Below are positions 33,047 to 42,749 of a stretch of 64,000 bases of DNA, in pieces. The notes beneath the pieces are model-generated. The model was not told the origin of the DNA. It worked only from the letters and a program-made list of their open reading frames with translations, and ran no database searches. This DNA comes from Candidatus Latescibacterota bacterium (GTDB taxonomy: Bacteria > Latescibacterota > CBDEFO01). Each line of letters starts with the position of its first letter. Position 1 is the stretch's first letter. Position numbers and translations under genes: made by a program. The stretch is from NCBI GenBank assembly GCA_965248755.1, contig OZ252149.1, positions 2,912,001 through 2,976,000 of the forward strand. The letters are read 5' to 3'.

Positions 33047-33125
33047 GTCGGCTACCTGTCAGAATAGGTTATCGCCCCCGACTCGATTCATTCCACAGCC
33101 GCATCCATATCGGGAGGTAAGAGAG

Positions 33126-33908
33126 ATGGATCTAACAGGAAAAGTAGCCGTAGTGACCGGCGCCGGGGCTGGTATCGGCCGGGGCATCGCCCAGGCCTTT
33201 GCCGAACACGGCGCTGCTGTTGCCGCCGTGGACATCAACCTGGACGCCGCACGCGAAACCGCGGGTAAAATCGGCCAGGGAGAAGATAGAGTCCTGGCCG
33301 TTCAAGCCGACGTGGGGGAGGAAGAGAGCGTGGATGCGGCATTCAGCGCCATCGTCGAAAAATTCGGCCAGGTGGACCACTTGCTGAATGTGGCTGGCAT
33401 CGAGCTGTACAAGGAATTTCTGGACTATAGCAGTGGAGAGTGGGACCGACAGTTGGCAGTGAATCTAAAGAGTGTCTTTCTGTGCAGTAGACGAGCCGTA
33501 CCCCCCATGATTCAGGCTGGAGGCGGCAGCATCGTTAATACAGCTTCGGTACAGGCCCTGGCGACCACCGGCAAAATCGCACCGTATGCCGCAGCCAAGG
33601 GCGGGATTGTCGCCATGACCCGCGATATGGCGCGCGATCTTGGGAAATTCAATATCCGCGTCAACTCTATTTTGCCCGGTGTCATTCAAACACCCATGCT
33701 GGATCGATCTTTTGACGATACTGCGGATCGGGATGCCTACATGGAAAAGTTGAAGAAGGCGCTCCCCCTGGGTCGAATCGGCGCACCGGACGATATCGCC
33801 AATGTGGCCCTCTTTCTGACTTCTCCCCTGGCGGCATACGTAACCGGCATAGCTCTGATTGTAGATGGAGGCATGATGTGCAAACTCCCACTACCCGAAG
33901 GGGACTGA
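33126..33908 (+). CDS. SDR family oxidoreductase
   Basis: TGAGAGIG, YAAAKGG; GGAGG RBS. Confidence 0.9.
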   Translation: MDLTGKVAVVTGAGAGIGRGIAQAFAEHGAAVAAVDINLDAARETAGKIGQGEDRVLAVQADVGEEESVDAAFSAIVEKFGQVDHLLNVAGIELYKEFLDYSSGEWDRQLAVNLKSVFLCSRRAVPPMIQAGGGSIVNTASVQALATTGKIAPYAAAKGGIVAMTRDMARDLGKFNIRVNSILPGVIQTPMLDRSFDDTADRDAYMEKLKKALPLGRIGAPDDIANVALFLTSPLAAYVTGIALIVDGGMMCKLPLPEGD

Positions 33909-34006
33909 TTCAACCTTCTCTGGAGTAGCGGTCTGGTGGAGAAGAAAATAGTACAAATGGAATGCTGTAGCGTTACTTTCATTTAACATAAAGAGTGAGG
34001 CACATA

Positions 34007-34245
34007 GTGCCTACAGTATTGAGAAGAGATGGATTCCGGTTCTTTTTCTTCAGTAATTAATCTCTGGAACCGCCTCACATTCTCACGCAGAGAAAGCAGA
34101 AGGATATGCCAAATTCTGGTTAGAGCCCCTTTCTTTAGCAGTATCGTACAACTTCAATTCAAGTGAACTTCAAACCATACGAATACTAGTAGAAACACAT
34201 GTCGATTTATTTGGGGAGAAATGGGATGAATACTTTCAGCAATAG
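34007..34245 (+). pseudogene. DUF4160 protein (putative toxin), premature stop plus frameshift
   Basis: MPTVLRRDGFRFFFFSN*SLEPPHI / AKFWLEP...EKWDEYF; TAA at 34058. Confidence 0.8.
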
Positions 34246-34507
34246 ACTCACACAAGTAGTAGCACGTGACGTCTGGTTCGATGAAGATAAGATGAAAGTC
34301 TTCTTAAACGATGGGAGAGAAATTTCGATTCCTCTGGAATGGTTCCCACGCCTTCGCAAGGCTAATGATAAAGAGCGCTCTAACTGGCGATTGATCGGTG
34401 GTGGAATTGGCATGCATTGGGAGAAATTAGATGAAGATATTTCCCTCGAAGGGCTGATTCAAGCTTCTATCTATCCGCTGCAACCAGAACGAAGAGTTCC
34501 CAAATAG
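34226..34507 (+). CDS. DUF2442 protein (putative antitoxin)
   Basis: DGREISIPLEWFPRL...GMHWEKLDEDISLEGL. Confidence 0.85.
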   Translation: MNTFSNRLTQVVARDVWFDEDKMKVFLNDGREISIPLEWFPRLRKANDKERSNWRLIGGGIGMHWEKLDEDISLEGLIQASIYPLQPERRVPK

Positions 34508-34525
34508 GATTCACAAGGAGGACAG

Positions 34526-36037
34526 ATGAAGTTCAGATATACTATAATCCTTGCGGTTGTCTTTGCAGGTCTTCTTGCATTTGCGCTCCGCGATAAACGA
34601 CAGCGCCAGGAGAAAGAAGAGACAAAAAAGGAGGCGGAGAAGTTACTTATATTTGACAGAGATCAGGTGAGACGACTGACTCTGATCCGGGAGGATGAGA
34701 CCATTGTGGCAGAAAAGGAGGAGCCGGGAGAATGGAAGATAGTTTCCCCTGTCCAGACAGACGCTGACAACGACGCTGTTGAAAGGCTCATAGACAACAT
34801 TGGAAACACCCGAACGGATAGAGTCCTCGTAAAGGAGGTGGATGTAGAGGACGCAGAAGAGACACTCGAAGGATACGGTCTGGATAAACCCACTGTCGTT
34901 CTGCACATGGAGCTGGAAGGTGATGCGACGAGTACGTACGGTCAACTGGATACGGTTTACTATGGGGGAGAAAGCCCTACCAGTTCCTTTGCATACGTAA
35001 GGAAAGGGCAGAGTCTGGATATACTTACTATCCCGCTTTGGAGGAGGGATAATGTGGACAAGCAGCTTTTCGATCTGAGAGATCAAAGGGTGCTGGCGTT
35101 TCAAAGCGATGAAGTGAGACAATTAGATATCAAAAGGGCTGGTATTCTAATGTCGGTCTCCAAGTCGGGAAGTATGTGGAACATAGATAAACCCCTCCAG
35201 GACAGAGGTGACGTAGACGAGATAGATGAGATCATACGAAAGCTGAATCAGGAGAAGGTCAAAGAGTTTGTCAGCGAATCGTCTGACACGGGTGAGCTTG
35301 AGGGATACGGGCTTACAGATCCGCATATAGAGGTCACACTCTGGCTGGGGGCGGACAGAGCTAAGAAGATGCTATATATTGGAGCCGAAAAGCGTAGTGA
35401 TCTCTATGCCCAGGATAAAGAGGGCGCCGATCGCTACGCCAAGGACGAATCGAAGGAAGCTGTCTTTCTGATATCTTCCGAATTGAAGGAGGCCCTGGAG
35501 GTAGACCCCTTTGCGCTTCGATACAAAAAGTTAGCTGATTTCGAAAGCGACGATATAGACAAGGTGGAGTTCGCATACAAAGAAGAGGCGCCCACTCCGT
35601 CTAACGCGATCTTATGTGTGAAGGACACGTCTGGTAACTGGAGCGTGGCATTCTCATCTCCGATAGATTCAATCGGGAAAAAGAAAGATGCCACAGGCTG
35701 GAAGATTCGCGGTGCTATGAGTGATATAGCTGATCTCAAAGCTGAGAAGTTCCTCCCAGAGGAGTCTTCCGACACGGAGTCGCCCTCCCCGATTGCTTCT
35801 ATCGGGGATCAATCGGGGGGCGACCTGTCTCAGTACGGTCTTGAGCGCCCGCGCATCACCGTCAGATTGTGGAAGGGAGAGAAGCTGGTGGTCCAAGTCT
35901 TAGTCGGCAAGGGGAAGGATGAGTTCGTCTACGCCAAGACATCCCAAAGCGATAGGGTCTACCTTGTTAGAAAGAGTATAGTGGAGGATCTGACCTTCAC
36001 TATAGACGACATAGCAGTATCAGAAGGAGAGGCTTAA
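34526..36037 (+). CDS. DUF4340 domain protein (three internal repeats)
   Basis: Repeated W...YGLxxP units; this family usually follows gldG. Confidence 0.85.
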   Translation: MKFRYTIILAVVFAGLLAFALRDKRQRQEKEETKKEAEKLLIFDRDQVRRLTLIREDETIVAEKEEPGEWKIVSPVQTDADNDAVERLIDNIGNTRTDRVLVKEVDVEDAEETLEGYGLDKPTVVLHMELEGDATSTYGQLDTVYYGGESPTSSFAYVRKGQSLDILTIPLWRRDNVDKQLFDLRDQRVLAFQSDEVRQLDIKRAGILMSVSKSGSMWNIDKPLQDRGDVDEIDEIIRKLNQEKVKEFVSESSDTGELEGYGLTDPHIEVTLWLGADRAKKMLYIGAEKRSDLYAQDKEGADRYAKDESKEAVFLISSELKEALEVDPFALRYKKLADFESDDIDKVEFAYKEEAPTPSNAILCVKDTSGNWSVAFSSPIDSIGKKKDATGWKIRGAMSDIADLKAEKFLPEESSDTESPSPIASIGDQSGGDLSQYGLERPRITVRLWKGEKLVVQVLVGKGKDEFVYAKTSQSDRVYLVRKSIVEDLTFTIDDIAVSEGEA

Positions 36038-36045
36038 GGGAAGAA

Positions 36046-37032
36046 ATGGGCAAGGTACAAGCCGTAGTCTTTACAGCCGCGGCGGTTATGTTTATCTGGC
36101 TTTACCCTTCCTCCTGTCAAAGCAGCGTTTCTGTCAGGTCAGAGGTCGACAGGTCCACTATTACCGTCGGCGACCCTATCAAGTATACTCTTATTATCAC
36201 TTACGAAGAAGACCATAGGGTCTATCCTCCTCCTCTGGCCTCCAACCTCGGCCAGTTTGAGATCAAGGACTTCAAATATCCCCGGACTATACGTACAGAT
36301 GAGGGACTCCTCGAGGAGAGGACGGAATATACAGTAACCTCCTTCAGGACAGGTGACTTTCAGATACCTCCCCTAATAATTGGATTTGTCACAGCGGAGG
36401 GGGACAGCGGTTGGGTCGAGTCCGAGCCTATAGCGATCAGGATCCAGAGCGTGAATGTGGAGGGGGCTAAGGATATCCGCGATATTAAAGGCCCCGTTGA
36501 AATCCCGCAGGGAGTAAGGTCGTGGATGATCTGGAGCGGCGTTGCCCTGCTTGTAGCTACAGCGGGCGTGATCCTGCATATCTTGGCAAGTAGGAAAAAA
36601 AGACTGCAAGAAGATATAGCCACAGAGCCGGATGTCCCCATAGACGAACTTGGGGAGTTCGACAAGATAGATGCTCTGGGTCTGATAGAAAAGGGTCAGT
36701 ACAAAGAACATTATATATTGATCTCAGAGGCCCTCAGAAGATATATAGAGAGACGCTACAAAATAGAGGCTATGGAGAGGACTACCTATGAGCTTCTGGA
36801 CGATATGAACGATGCCAGGGCAGAACGTCTGATAGCGATAGAAAAAGAGCACATAGAGTCAATAAATGAGTTTCTCTCAGGATGCGATCTGGTCAAATTC
36901 GCCAAGTATATGCCTCGTTTAGAAGAAGCAAAAGGCTCTACACAAAGAGCCAGGGCCATCGTGAAGGATACATACATAAAGGAGTCTAAAGAACCGGACG
37001 AAGTCTTAGAATCCGAGGCTTCACGAGGATAG
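36046..37032 (+). CDS. BatD-like Ig domain plus TM protein of the Bat operon
   Basis: Signal peptide, ITVGDP, IRDIKGP, TM, AMERTT, DLVKFAK. Confidence 0.8.
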   Translation: MGKVQAVVFTAAAVMFIWLYPSSCQSSVSVRSEVDRSTITVGDPIKYTLIITYEEDHRVYPPPLASNLGQFEIKDFKYPRTIRTDEGLLEERTEYTVTSFRTGDFQIPPLIIGFVTAEGDSGWVESEPIAIRIQSVNVEGAKDIRDIKGPVEIPQGVRSWMIWSGVALLVATAGVILHILASRKKRLQEDIATEPDVPIDELGEFDKIDALGLIEKGQYKEHYILISEALRRYIERRYKIEAMERTTYELLDDMNDARAERLIAIEKEHIESINEFLSGCDLVKFAKYMPRLEEAKGSTQRARAIVKDTYIKESKEPDEVLESEASRG

Positions 37033-37042
37033 AATCGCTCTG

Positions 37043-38062
37043 ATGCGCTTTCAGAATCCATATCTACTTCTCCTTTTGCTGGCCATCCCGGTCATAATCT
37101 ATCGCTACATTAAGAGCGAAAAGAGCGGGACGATACGGTTCTCCGATATCGGCTCTATCAAGAGCATCAGACCCTCCCTCAAACTCCGGCATAGTCTCAT
37201 AGTCCTGAGATCCCTGGGATTAGGACTCTTGATCGTAGCTTTTGCGCGTCCGCAGTCTGGAACGGAAGAAAGAGAGATGCTCACAGAAGGAATAGACATC
37301 ATCCTGACGCTGGACGCATCGGGCAGTATGCAGAGCAAAGACCTGGACAGCAACAAAAAGTCCAGACTTGATGTCTCAAAAGAGGTCGTATCTGAGTTCG
37401 TGAATGGGCGCACAAATGATCGTTTGGGCTTGGTGGTCTTTGCCGGAAGGAGCGCTACGTGGTGTCCCCTAACGCTCGATTACGGGACTTTCTTGAATTT
37501 TCTGGACAGTGTGAGCATAGAGCAGCTCCAGGACATAGTAATGTCAGACAGCACAGCTATAGGCACCGCTATTGCTAACTCTGTAGCCCAGCTTGGAGAG
37601 AGTGAGGCCAAAAGCAAGGTTATTATACTCCTTACGGACGGATCCAACACCAAAGTGGAGCGCATCCCGAACACGGGGATTGTAATGGATCCTTTAACGG
37701 CGGCTCGTATCGCCGCCTCCCTCGGGATCAGAATATACACTATCGGAGCCGGAAGCAAGGGGACGATAATGCGAGAAGTGCAGGATATGTTCGGTGTGCG
37801 CTTGCTGCCCTACCGGGTCGAAATAGATGAAGAGACGCTGCAGAAGATAGCCGACATCACAGATGGGAAGTACTACAGAGCTACGAGCCAGGAGAAGCTT
37901 TCAGAGATCTACGAGGAGATAAGCCAACTGGAAAAGACCGAGATCAAGACCAAGGAGCATGTGGAATACACGGAGATATTCTCAAAGTTTGCGCTGGCAG
38001 GGCTATTTATGTTGCTGTTGGAGATATTTCTGGTAAATACGAGATTCAGGAAAATACCTTAA
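37043..38062 (+). CDS. batA: VWA-domain protein BatA
   Basis: FQNP, ARPQ, DASGSM, LLTDG. Confidence 0.88.
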   Translation: MRFQNPYLLLLLLAIPVIIYRYIKSEKSGTIRFSDIGSIKSIRPSLKLRHSLIVLRSLGLGLLIVAFARPQSGTEEREMLTEGIDIILTLDASGSMQSKDLDSNKKSRLDVSKEVVSEFVNGRTNDRLGLVVFAGRSATWCPLTLDYGTFLNFLDSVSIEQLQDIVMSDSTAIGTAIANSVAQLGESEAKSKVIILLTDGSNTKVERIPNTGIVMDPLTAARIAASLGIRIYTIGAGSKGTIMREVQDMFGVRLLPYRVEIDEETLQKIADITDGKYYRATSQEKLSEIYEEISQLEKTEIKTKEHVEYTEIFSKFALAGLFMLLLEIFLVNTRFRKIP

Positions 38063-38282
38063 GTGCGGTAGACAGTAGTCAGGGCAAGCAAGTAGACAGC
38101 AAACAGTAGACAGTAGACAGGGGCACCACCGCCCTTCCCACCAGATTGCTTTGCAGTCCCCGATATAAGCAATCGGGGACTGCCCCTACAGATAAATTTA
38201 GGGATCAGACAGCGTAGTTTGTCGCCTCCACTGCCTGACAACGCACGCGGTGGCAGCGGGACAACGGACCCGACGAAAGCAC

Positions 38283-39302
38283 ATGAACATGCATTTCGGA
38301 GAACCTGCATATTTTAACTTCTTGTGGCTCATTCCTGCGCTGATCATCTTCTATGTCTGGGCGTTCAGGAGAAAGAAGCGGGCGCTTTTCCTCTTCGGGG
38401 GCACGGAGCTTATAGACAAATTGGCGGCGTCCAGGAGCAGAAAGAGCCAGATATGGAAGGTGATCCTATCCATATTGGGCATCTTTTTCCTTGTCCTGGC
38501 CTTGGTGCGGCCTCAACTGGGAGCGAAGCTGAAATTAGGTCAAAGCAGGGGCGTGGATGTGGTCATACTCCTGGACACGTCCTTGAGCATGCTGTCGGAG
38601 GACATCAAACCGAACAGGCTGGAAAGGGCAAAATACGGCATCAGAGATCTAATAGATAAGCTGGGTGGGAATCGCATCGGGATAGTTTCCTTTGCCGGAG
38701 AAAGTTACATAGAGTGTCCGCTGACTTTAGATTACAGCACCGCTCAGAGTATCGTTGACGGTCTGGATACGACCTCTGTTCAGGGGACTGCTGTCGGCGA
38801 CGCTATACGGATGGCATCGTCCCTTTTCAATAAGAAGGACCTCAAGTACAAGGTGATGGTAATCTTTTCGGATGGAGAGAGCCACGAAAGCGACATCACA
38901 AGCGCAGCCGAAATAGCCACGGATGAGGGCGTCGTCATACATACTGTGGGAGTCGGTACAAAGAAGGGGGACGTTATCTCCTTCCGCCGGAAAGATGGAA
39001 ACGTAGAATATAAGAAGGATAGGGCAGGAAACGTGGTGGTTACAAGGCTGATGGAGAGCAACCTGCAAAGAATGGCTTTCCACGCCGGAGGTATCTATCA
39101 GAGCATGCGGGAGTTTGAGCCGGAGGAGATATACGAAGAGATCTCAAAGATGGAAAAGAAAGAACTGCAATCGAGAAAGTACACTAAATATGAAGACAGA
39201 TTTCAGTACGTCATAGTCTTCTCCATAGCCGCTTTTATTATAGAATCTATTATCAGTGACAGAAGGAGGCGGAAGGCGGAGTGGAAGGGGCGGTTCCAAT
39301 GA
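38283..39302 (+). CDS. batB: VWA-domain protein BatB
   Basis: DTSLSM, DIKPNRLERAK, SDGESHE, YEDRFQ. Confidence 0.85.
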   Translation: MNMHFGEPAYFNFLWLIPALIIFYVWAFRRKKRALFLFGGTELIDKLAASRSRKSQIWKVILSILGIFFLVLALVRPQLGAKLKLGQSRGVDVVILLDTSLSMLSEDIKPNRLERAKYGIRDLIDKLGGNRIGIVSFAGESYIECPLTLDYSTAQSIVDGLDTTSVQGTAVGDAIRMASSLFNKKDLKYKVMVIFSDGESHESDITSAAEIATDEGVVIHTVGVGTKKGDVISFRRKDGNVEYKKDRAGNVVVTRLMESNLQRMAFHAGGIYQSMREFEPEEIYEEISKMEKKELQSRKYTKYEDRFQYVIVFSIAAFIIESIISDRRRRKAEWKGRFQ

Positions 39303-41269
39303 TCTATCGGGCGACTCGTCAGGTATACAACGTAAGATTAAGTGGAAAGGCAAGCGGAGCGTTGCCCTGTCTCCCCCGATTGCGTCTTTCGGGGGCAGGC
39401 CCTCGATTGAACCCCCGATTGTATCCATCTGGGACTACTATCTACTGTCTGCTGATACCTGTCTGCTGTATACTGATTTTGTCTCTGTCGTTTCCTGCCT
39501 ACACTGCTGACGTTAGCTTTCAGGCCTACGTGGACAAGAACAAGATCGGAACTACCGACCGGCTTAAGCTGATCGTATCGGTCTCGGGATCTAAGCTGGG
39601 CAGCCTCCCCAATCCGGTTCTCCCCAGTCTGAACGATTTTGCGGTGTCCGTCCCAAGACGAAGCTCATCTTCCAGCTATCAGTTCTCCACAGGCGGTAGT
39701 GCGGTATCCGCACAGAAATTAGAGTTTACGTATCATCTGCGCCCTCGGAGGAGCGGGAACCTGGTTATAGGTCCCGTGAAAATGGAGGTTAAGGGCGTGG
39801 AGTATGAGACTCGTCCTATTCAGATCCAAGTAGTCGAGGGAACCACTGAAACTGTGAGGACGCCGAGAGGTAGTCAAATACCGATAGAGGGAAATCTCTA
39901 TATGGAGGTGACTGCAGATAGACAGAGGGCATACGTGGGCGAGCAGATAACGCTGATCTACGACCTTTACAACAGATTCAGTATTTCAGACTTAAGATAC
40001 AACGCCGCCCCTGCGTATCAGGACTTCTGGGTTGAGGATATATTCGATTTTAGAACAAAGAGTCACCTGGAGAGCAGACGAGAGGCGATAGATAACCGAC
40101 TCTTTGAAGTAGCTCTTCTGAAAAAGGTGGCCGTCTTTCCGAAGGCTCCGGGTACTTTCAGGATAGAGCCTCTTAAGATAGAATGCGACATCCAGGTGAG
40201 AGGTGGGAGTAGGAGCATCTTTGACTTTGGTGGATTCTCCACAAGGACGAAGACCTTTTTAGTTCAGTCCGATCCCATCAGTGTGGAGGTTCTGCCGCTG
40301 CCACAAAGGGGAAAGCCGGGGGATTTTGACGTGCCTGTCGGCGACTTTTCCATCTCGGCTTCGACCGATCTGAAGACCGCTACAAAGGGGGATGCGATAT
40401 CCTTAAGGGTGGTCATATCGGGTGCGGGAAATGTAACTTCCATAAGGGAACTGAAGCCTCCTCTCTTGGACTCGTTCAAGGTCTACGATCCTAAAATAGA
40501 GGCAGAATCGAAGGCCGTAGACGGTATCATTCAGGGCACAAAGACATTCGAATATGTTCTGATACCTGAGACTGACGGCGATCTTCTGATAGCTCCCTTT
40601 GAGTTTTCTTACTTCGATCCTGCAAAAGAAAGGTATATAACGACTCAGACTTCCCCTCTGTCCCTCAGGATATCTCCTGTGTTAGAGACTGAGAAGGTTT
40701 CGGCGGGATATGGCCTTTCCCGCGAGGAAATAAAGTTAGTAGGGGAGGATATACGCTATATCAAGCCCGATTATAGAGGGGCAGAACGCCAGCTTGAGGA
40801 TCAGGGCCGACCCTTATACAAGGATATGCGTTTCTTATTCCTTCAGATAGTTCCCGTCATAACCCTGATCGGGGCCTGGACATACAAAAGGCACCTTGTG
40901 AAGGTTCGTACCGATGCTGCCTACGTCCGCAGGAAGAGGGCCAAAACTCAGGCCGCCAGGAGGCTCAAAAGGGCAAGGCAACTTATGAAAGATGAGTCAT
41001 CAGCCGAGTTCTACGCTGAGATCAACAGCGCTCTTTCGGAGTTTTTGGCGGATAAGCTCAATATCCCGGCTGCAGGGCTCACCAAAGATTCTATGGAGGA
41101 GCATCTACTGCAAAGAGGCGTAGACCAGGCATTGGTAGATAACCTGAAAGATACTCTAATCCGGTGTGACTTTGCGAGGTTTGCCCCCTCCCAATCTATG
41201 TCCGATGATTTGGAAACGCTCCTGAATAAGACCGAAAAGTCCATTGATCGTTTGGAAAAGCGAATTTAA
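39299..41269 (+). CDS. batD: BatD family protein
   Basis: Tandem BatD Ig-like domains, TM, CDFARFAP tail; repeat-rich N-terminus. Confidence 0.85.
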   Translation: MIYRATRQVYNVRLSGKASGALPCLPRLRLSGAGPRLNPRLYPSGTTIYCLLIPVCCILILSLSFPAYTADVSFQAYVDKNKIGTTDRLKLIVSVSGSKLGSLPNPVLPSLNDFAVSVPRRSSSSSYQFSTGGSAVSAQKLEFTYHLRPRRSGNLVIGPVKMEVKGVEYETRPIQIQVVEGTTETVRTPRGSQIPIEGNLYMEVTADRQRAYVGEQITLIYDLYNRFSISDLRYNAAPAYQDFWVEDIFDFRTKSHLESRREAIDNRLFEVALLKKVAVFPKAPGTFRIEPLKIECDIQVRGGSRSIFDFGGFSTRTKTFLVQSDPISVEVLPLPQRGKPGDFDVPVGDFSISASTDLKTATKGDAISLRVVISGAGNVTSIRELKPPLLDSFKVYDPKIEAESKAVDGIIQGTKTFEYVLIPETDGDLLIAPFEFSYFDPAKERYITTQTSPLSLRISPVLETEKVSAGYGLSREEIKLVGEDIRYIKPDYRGAERQLEDQGRPLYKDMRFLFLQIVPVITLIGAWTYKRHLVKVRTDAAYVRRKRAKTQAARRLKRARQLMKDESSAEFYAEINSALSEFLADKLNIPAAGLTKDSMEEHLLQRGVDQALVDNLKDTLIRCDFARFAPSQSMSDDLETLLNKTEKSIDRLEKRI

Positions 41270-41291
41270 TCTTTCCGATATCTCATAACCC

Positions 41292-42101
41292 GTGATGAAA
41301 TTCTTGATCTTCAGCCAAAAAGACGCCAAATCACTTCTCTCCCTCGTTGTCCTCCTTACTCTATTTTTCTTAATTGTATTTTCCGGGGTCTCAAGTTATG
41401 CATCCTCGGCCGCAACGGCTCTCTACAACGAGGCTAACAGGCTCTACAGAGATGGGGAGTACCTGGAGGCGGCAAAACAGTACGAGGCAATACTAAAGAC
41501 GGGGATACAAAATGGGGATGTCTATTACAACCTGGGAAACGCCTACTTTAAAAGTGGACGGATCGGAAGGGCTATTCTCTGGTACGAACGGGCCTTGAGG
41601 CTACGCCCCCGCGATGAGGATGTAAAACGGAACCTGAGATTTGCAAACCTGCGAAAGGTGGATAAAGACCTTCCATCGGACGCAAACATAGTGACAAGGT
41701 TCATTCTCGGGGTTCACAATCTCCTGACAGTAGACGAGCAGACGATTCTTTGCAGCGCTCTTTTCTATTCTATAACAGCTGCCATTGTTGCTCTTTTGTT
41801 CGCAGGCACCACAGTTCGAACCGCGCTGATAACGCTTCTTATCTGCTTCGGCGTCCTGTGGCTGGTTGCGGGAGTCTCCACGGCCGCCAAAATATATCGC
41901 AGCGAGTCTGAAGAGGAGGCTGTGGTAATTTCCCCTGACGCAGACGCTTTCAGCGGGCCGGGAGAGGACAACACGAAGATATTTACGCTCCACGAGGGTA
42001 CTAAAGTCACGATAGAGCGCCGAAGCCTGGAGTGGTTTCTCGTCCGTCTGTCCGACAACACTGAGGGGTGGATACAAAAAGAGGTAGTTGAGAAGATATA
42101 G
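41292..42101 (+). CDS. batE: BatE-like TPR plus SH3 protein
   Basis: YYNLGNAYFK, YERALRLRP, FTLHEGTKV...GWI. Confidence 0.85.
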   Translation: MMKFLIFSQKDAKSLLSLVVLLTLFFLIVFSGVSSYASSAATALYNEANRLYRDGEYLEAAKQYEAILKTGIQNGDVYYNLGNAYFKSGRIGRAILWYERALRLRPRDEDVKRNLRFANLRKVDKDLPSDANIVTRFILGVHNLLTVDEQTILCSALFYSITAAIVALLFAGTTVRTALITLLICFGVLWLVAGVSTAAKIYRSESEEEAVVISPDADAFSGPGEDNTKIFTLHEGTKVTIERRSLEWFLVRLSDNTEGWIQKEVVEKI

Positions 42102-42221
42102 ACAAGGTCGTGTAGAGTTTACTGAGAATTACACTCTAACGAGTGAATTCTTTACATAGATCTTTGTCATTTCTCAAGCAGATAGAATGCAGTGGGAACG
42201 CTGCCTTTGGATAGACTGTCT

Positions 42222-42317
42222 TTATCTATCTTTCTTTTTGTGTCTGTCCAGTCTCAGTCTCTTTTTCCTTTTATGCGTCGCTATTTTCTTGCGTTTCTTC
42301 TTTTTACCGCAGGGCAA
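42222..42317 (-). CDS. 31-aa AURKAIP1/COX24-domain ribosomal protein (bS22-like), absent from the ORF track
   Basis: AAAGGAGG RBS, TTG start; MPCGKKKKRKKIATHKRKKRLRLDRHKKKDR. Confidence 0.8.
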   Translation of the reverse strand: MPCGKKKKRKKIATHKRKKRLRLDRHKKKDR

Positions 42318-42421
42318 GGACTCGCACCTCCTTTCGATAGCCAGAATGTAGGGCTGTCCCCAATACAAAAAACGATAGACGAAATCGGGGACCTGTCTTT
42401 AACATTGTCACAGTTTTGAGG

Positions 42422-42706
42422 CTACACCTGTGTTGTTAATAACCTGTTTTTCAACTCCTTGGACGGTTTGAAGACAGGCATGTATCTTTCCGGGATTTTG
42501 ACTTCTTCTCCAGTCCTGGGATTTCGTCCTGTCCTCTTCGCTCTCTTGACTACCTTGAACGTTCCGAATCCCCTGAGTTCGATAGTTTTATTTTGAGATA
42601 TCGCTTCAACAACGGAGTTCAAGAATCCATCTACAATGGCCGCTGTGTCGATCTTCGTTATTCCGGTAGCCGATGCCACCCTGTCCACAATATTCGCCTT
42701 TGTCAC
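42422..42706 (-). CDS. hup: HU/IHF family DNA-binding protein
   Basis: ELRGFGTF...RTGRNPRTG...FKPSKELK; GTG start after AAGGAGG. Confidence 0.9.
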   Translation of the reverse strand: MTKANIVDRVASATGITKIDTAAIVDGFLNSVVEAISQNKTIELRGFGTFKVVKRAKRTGRNPRTGEEVKIPERYMPVFKPSKELKNRLLTTQV

Positions 42707-42749
42707 GTCGGTCCCTCCTTTTTCGGGCAAGAGGTCTTTGGTGAGAAAC

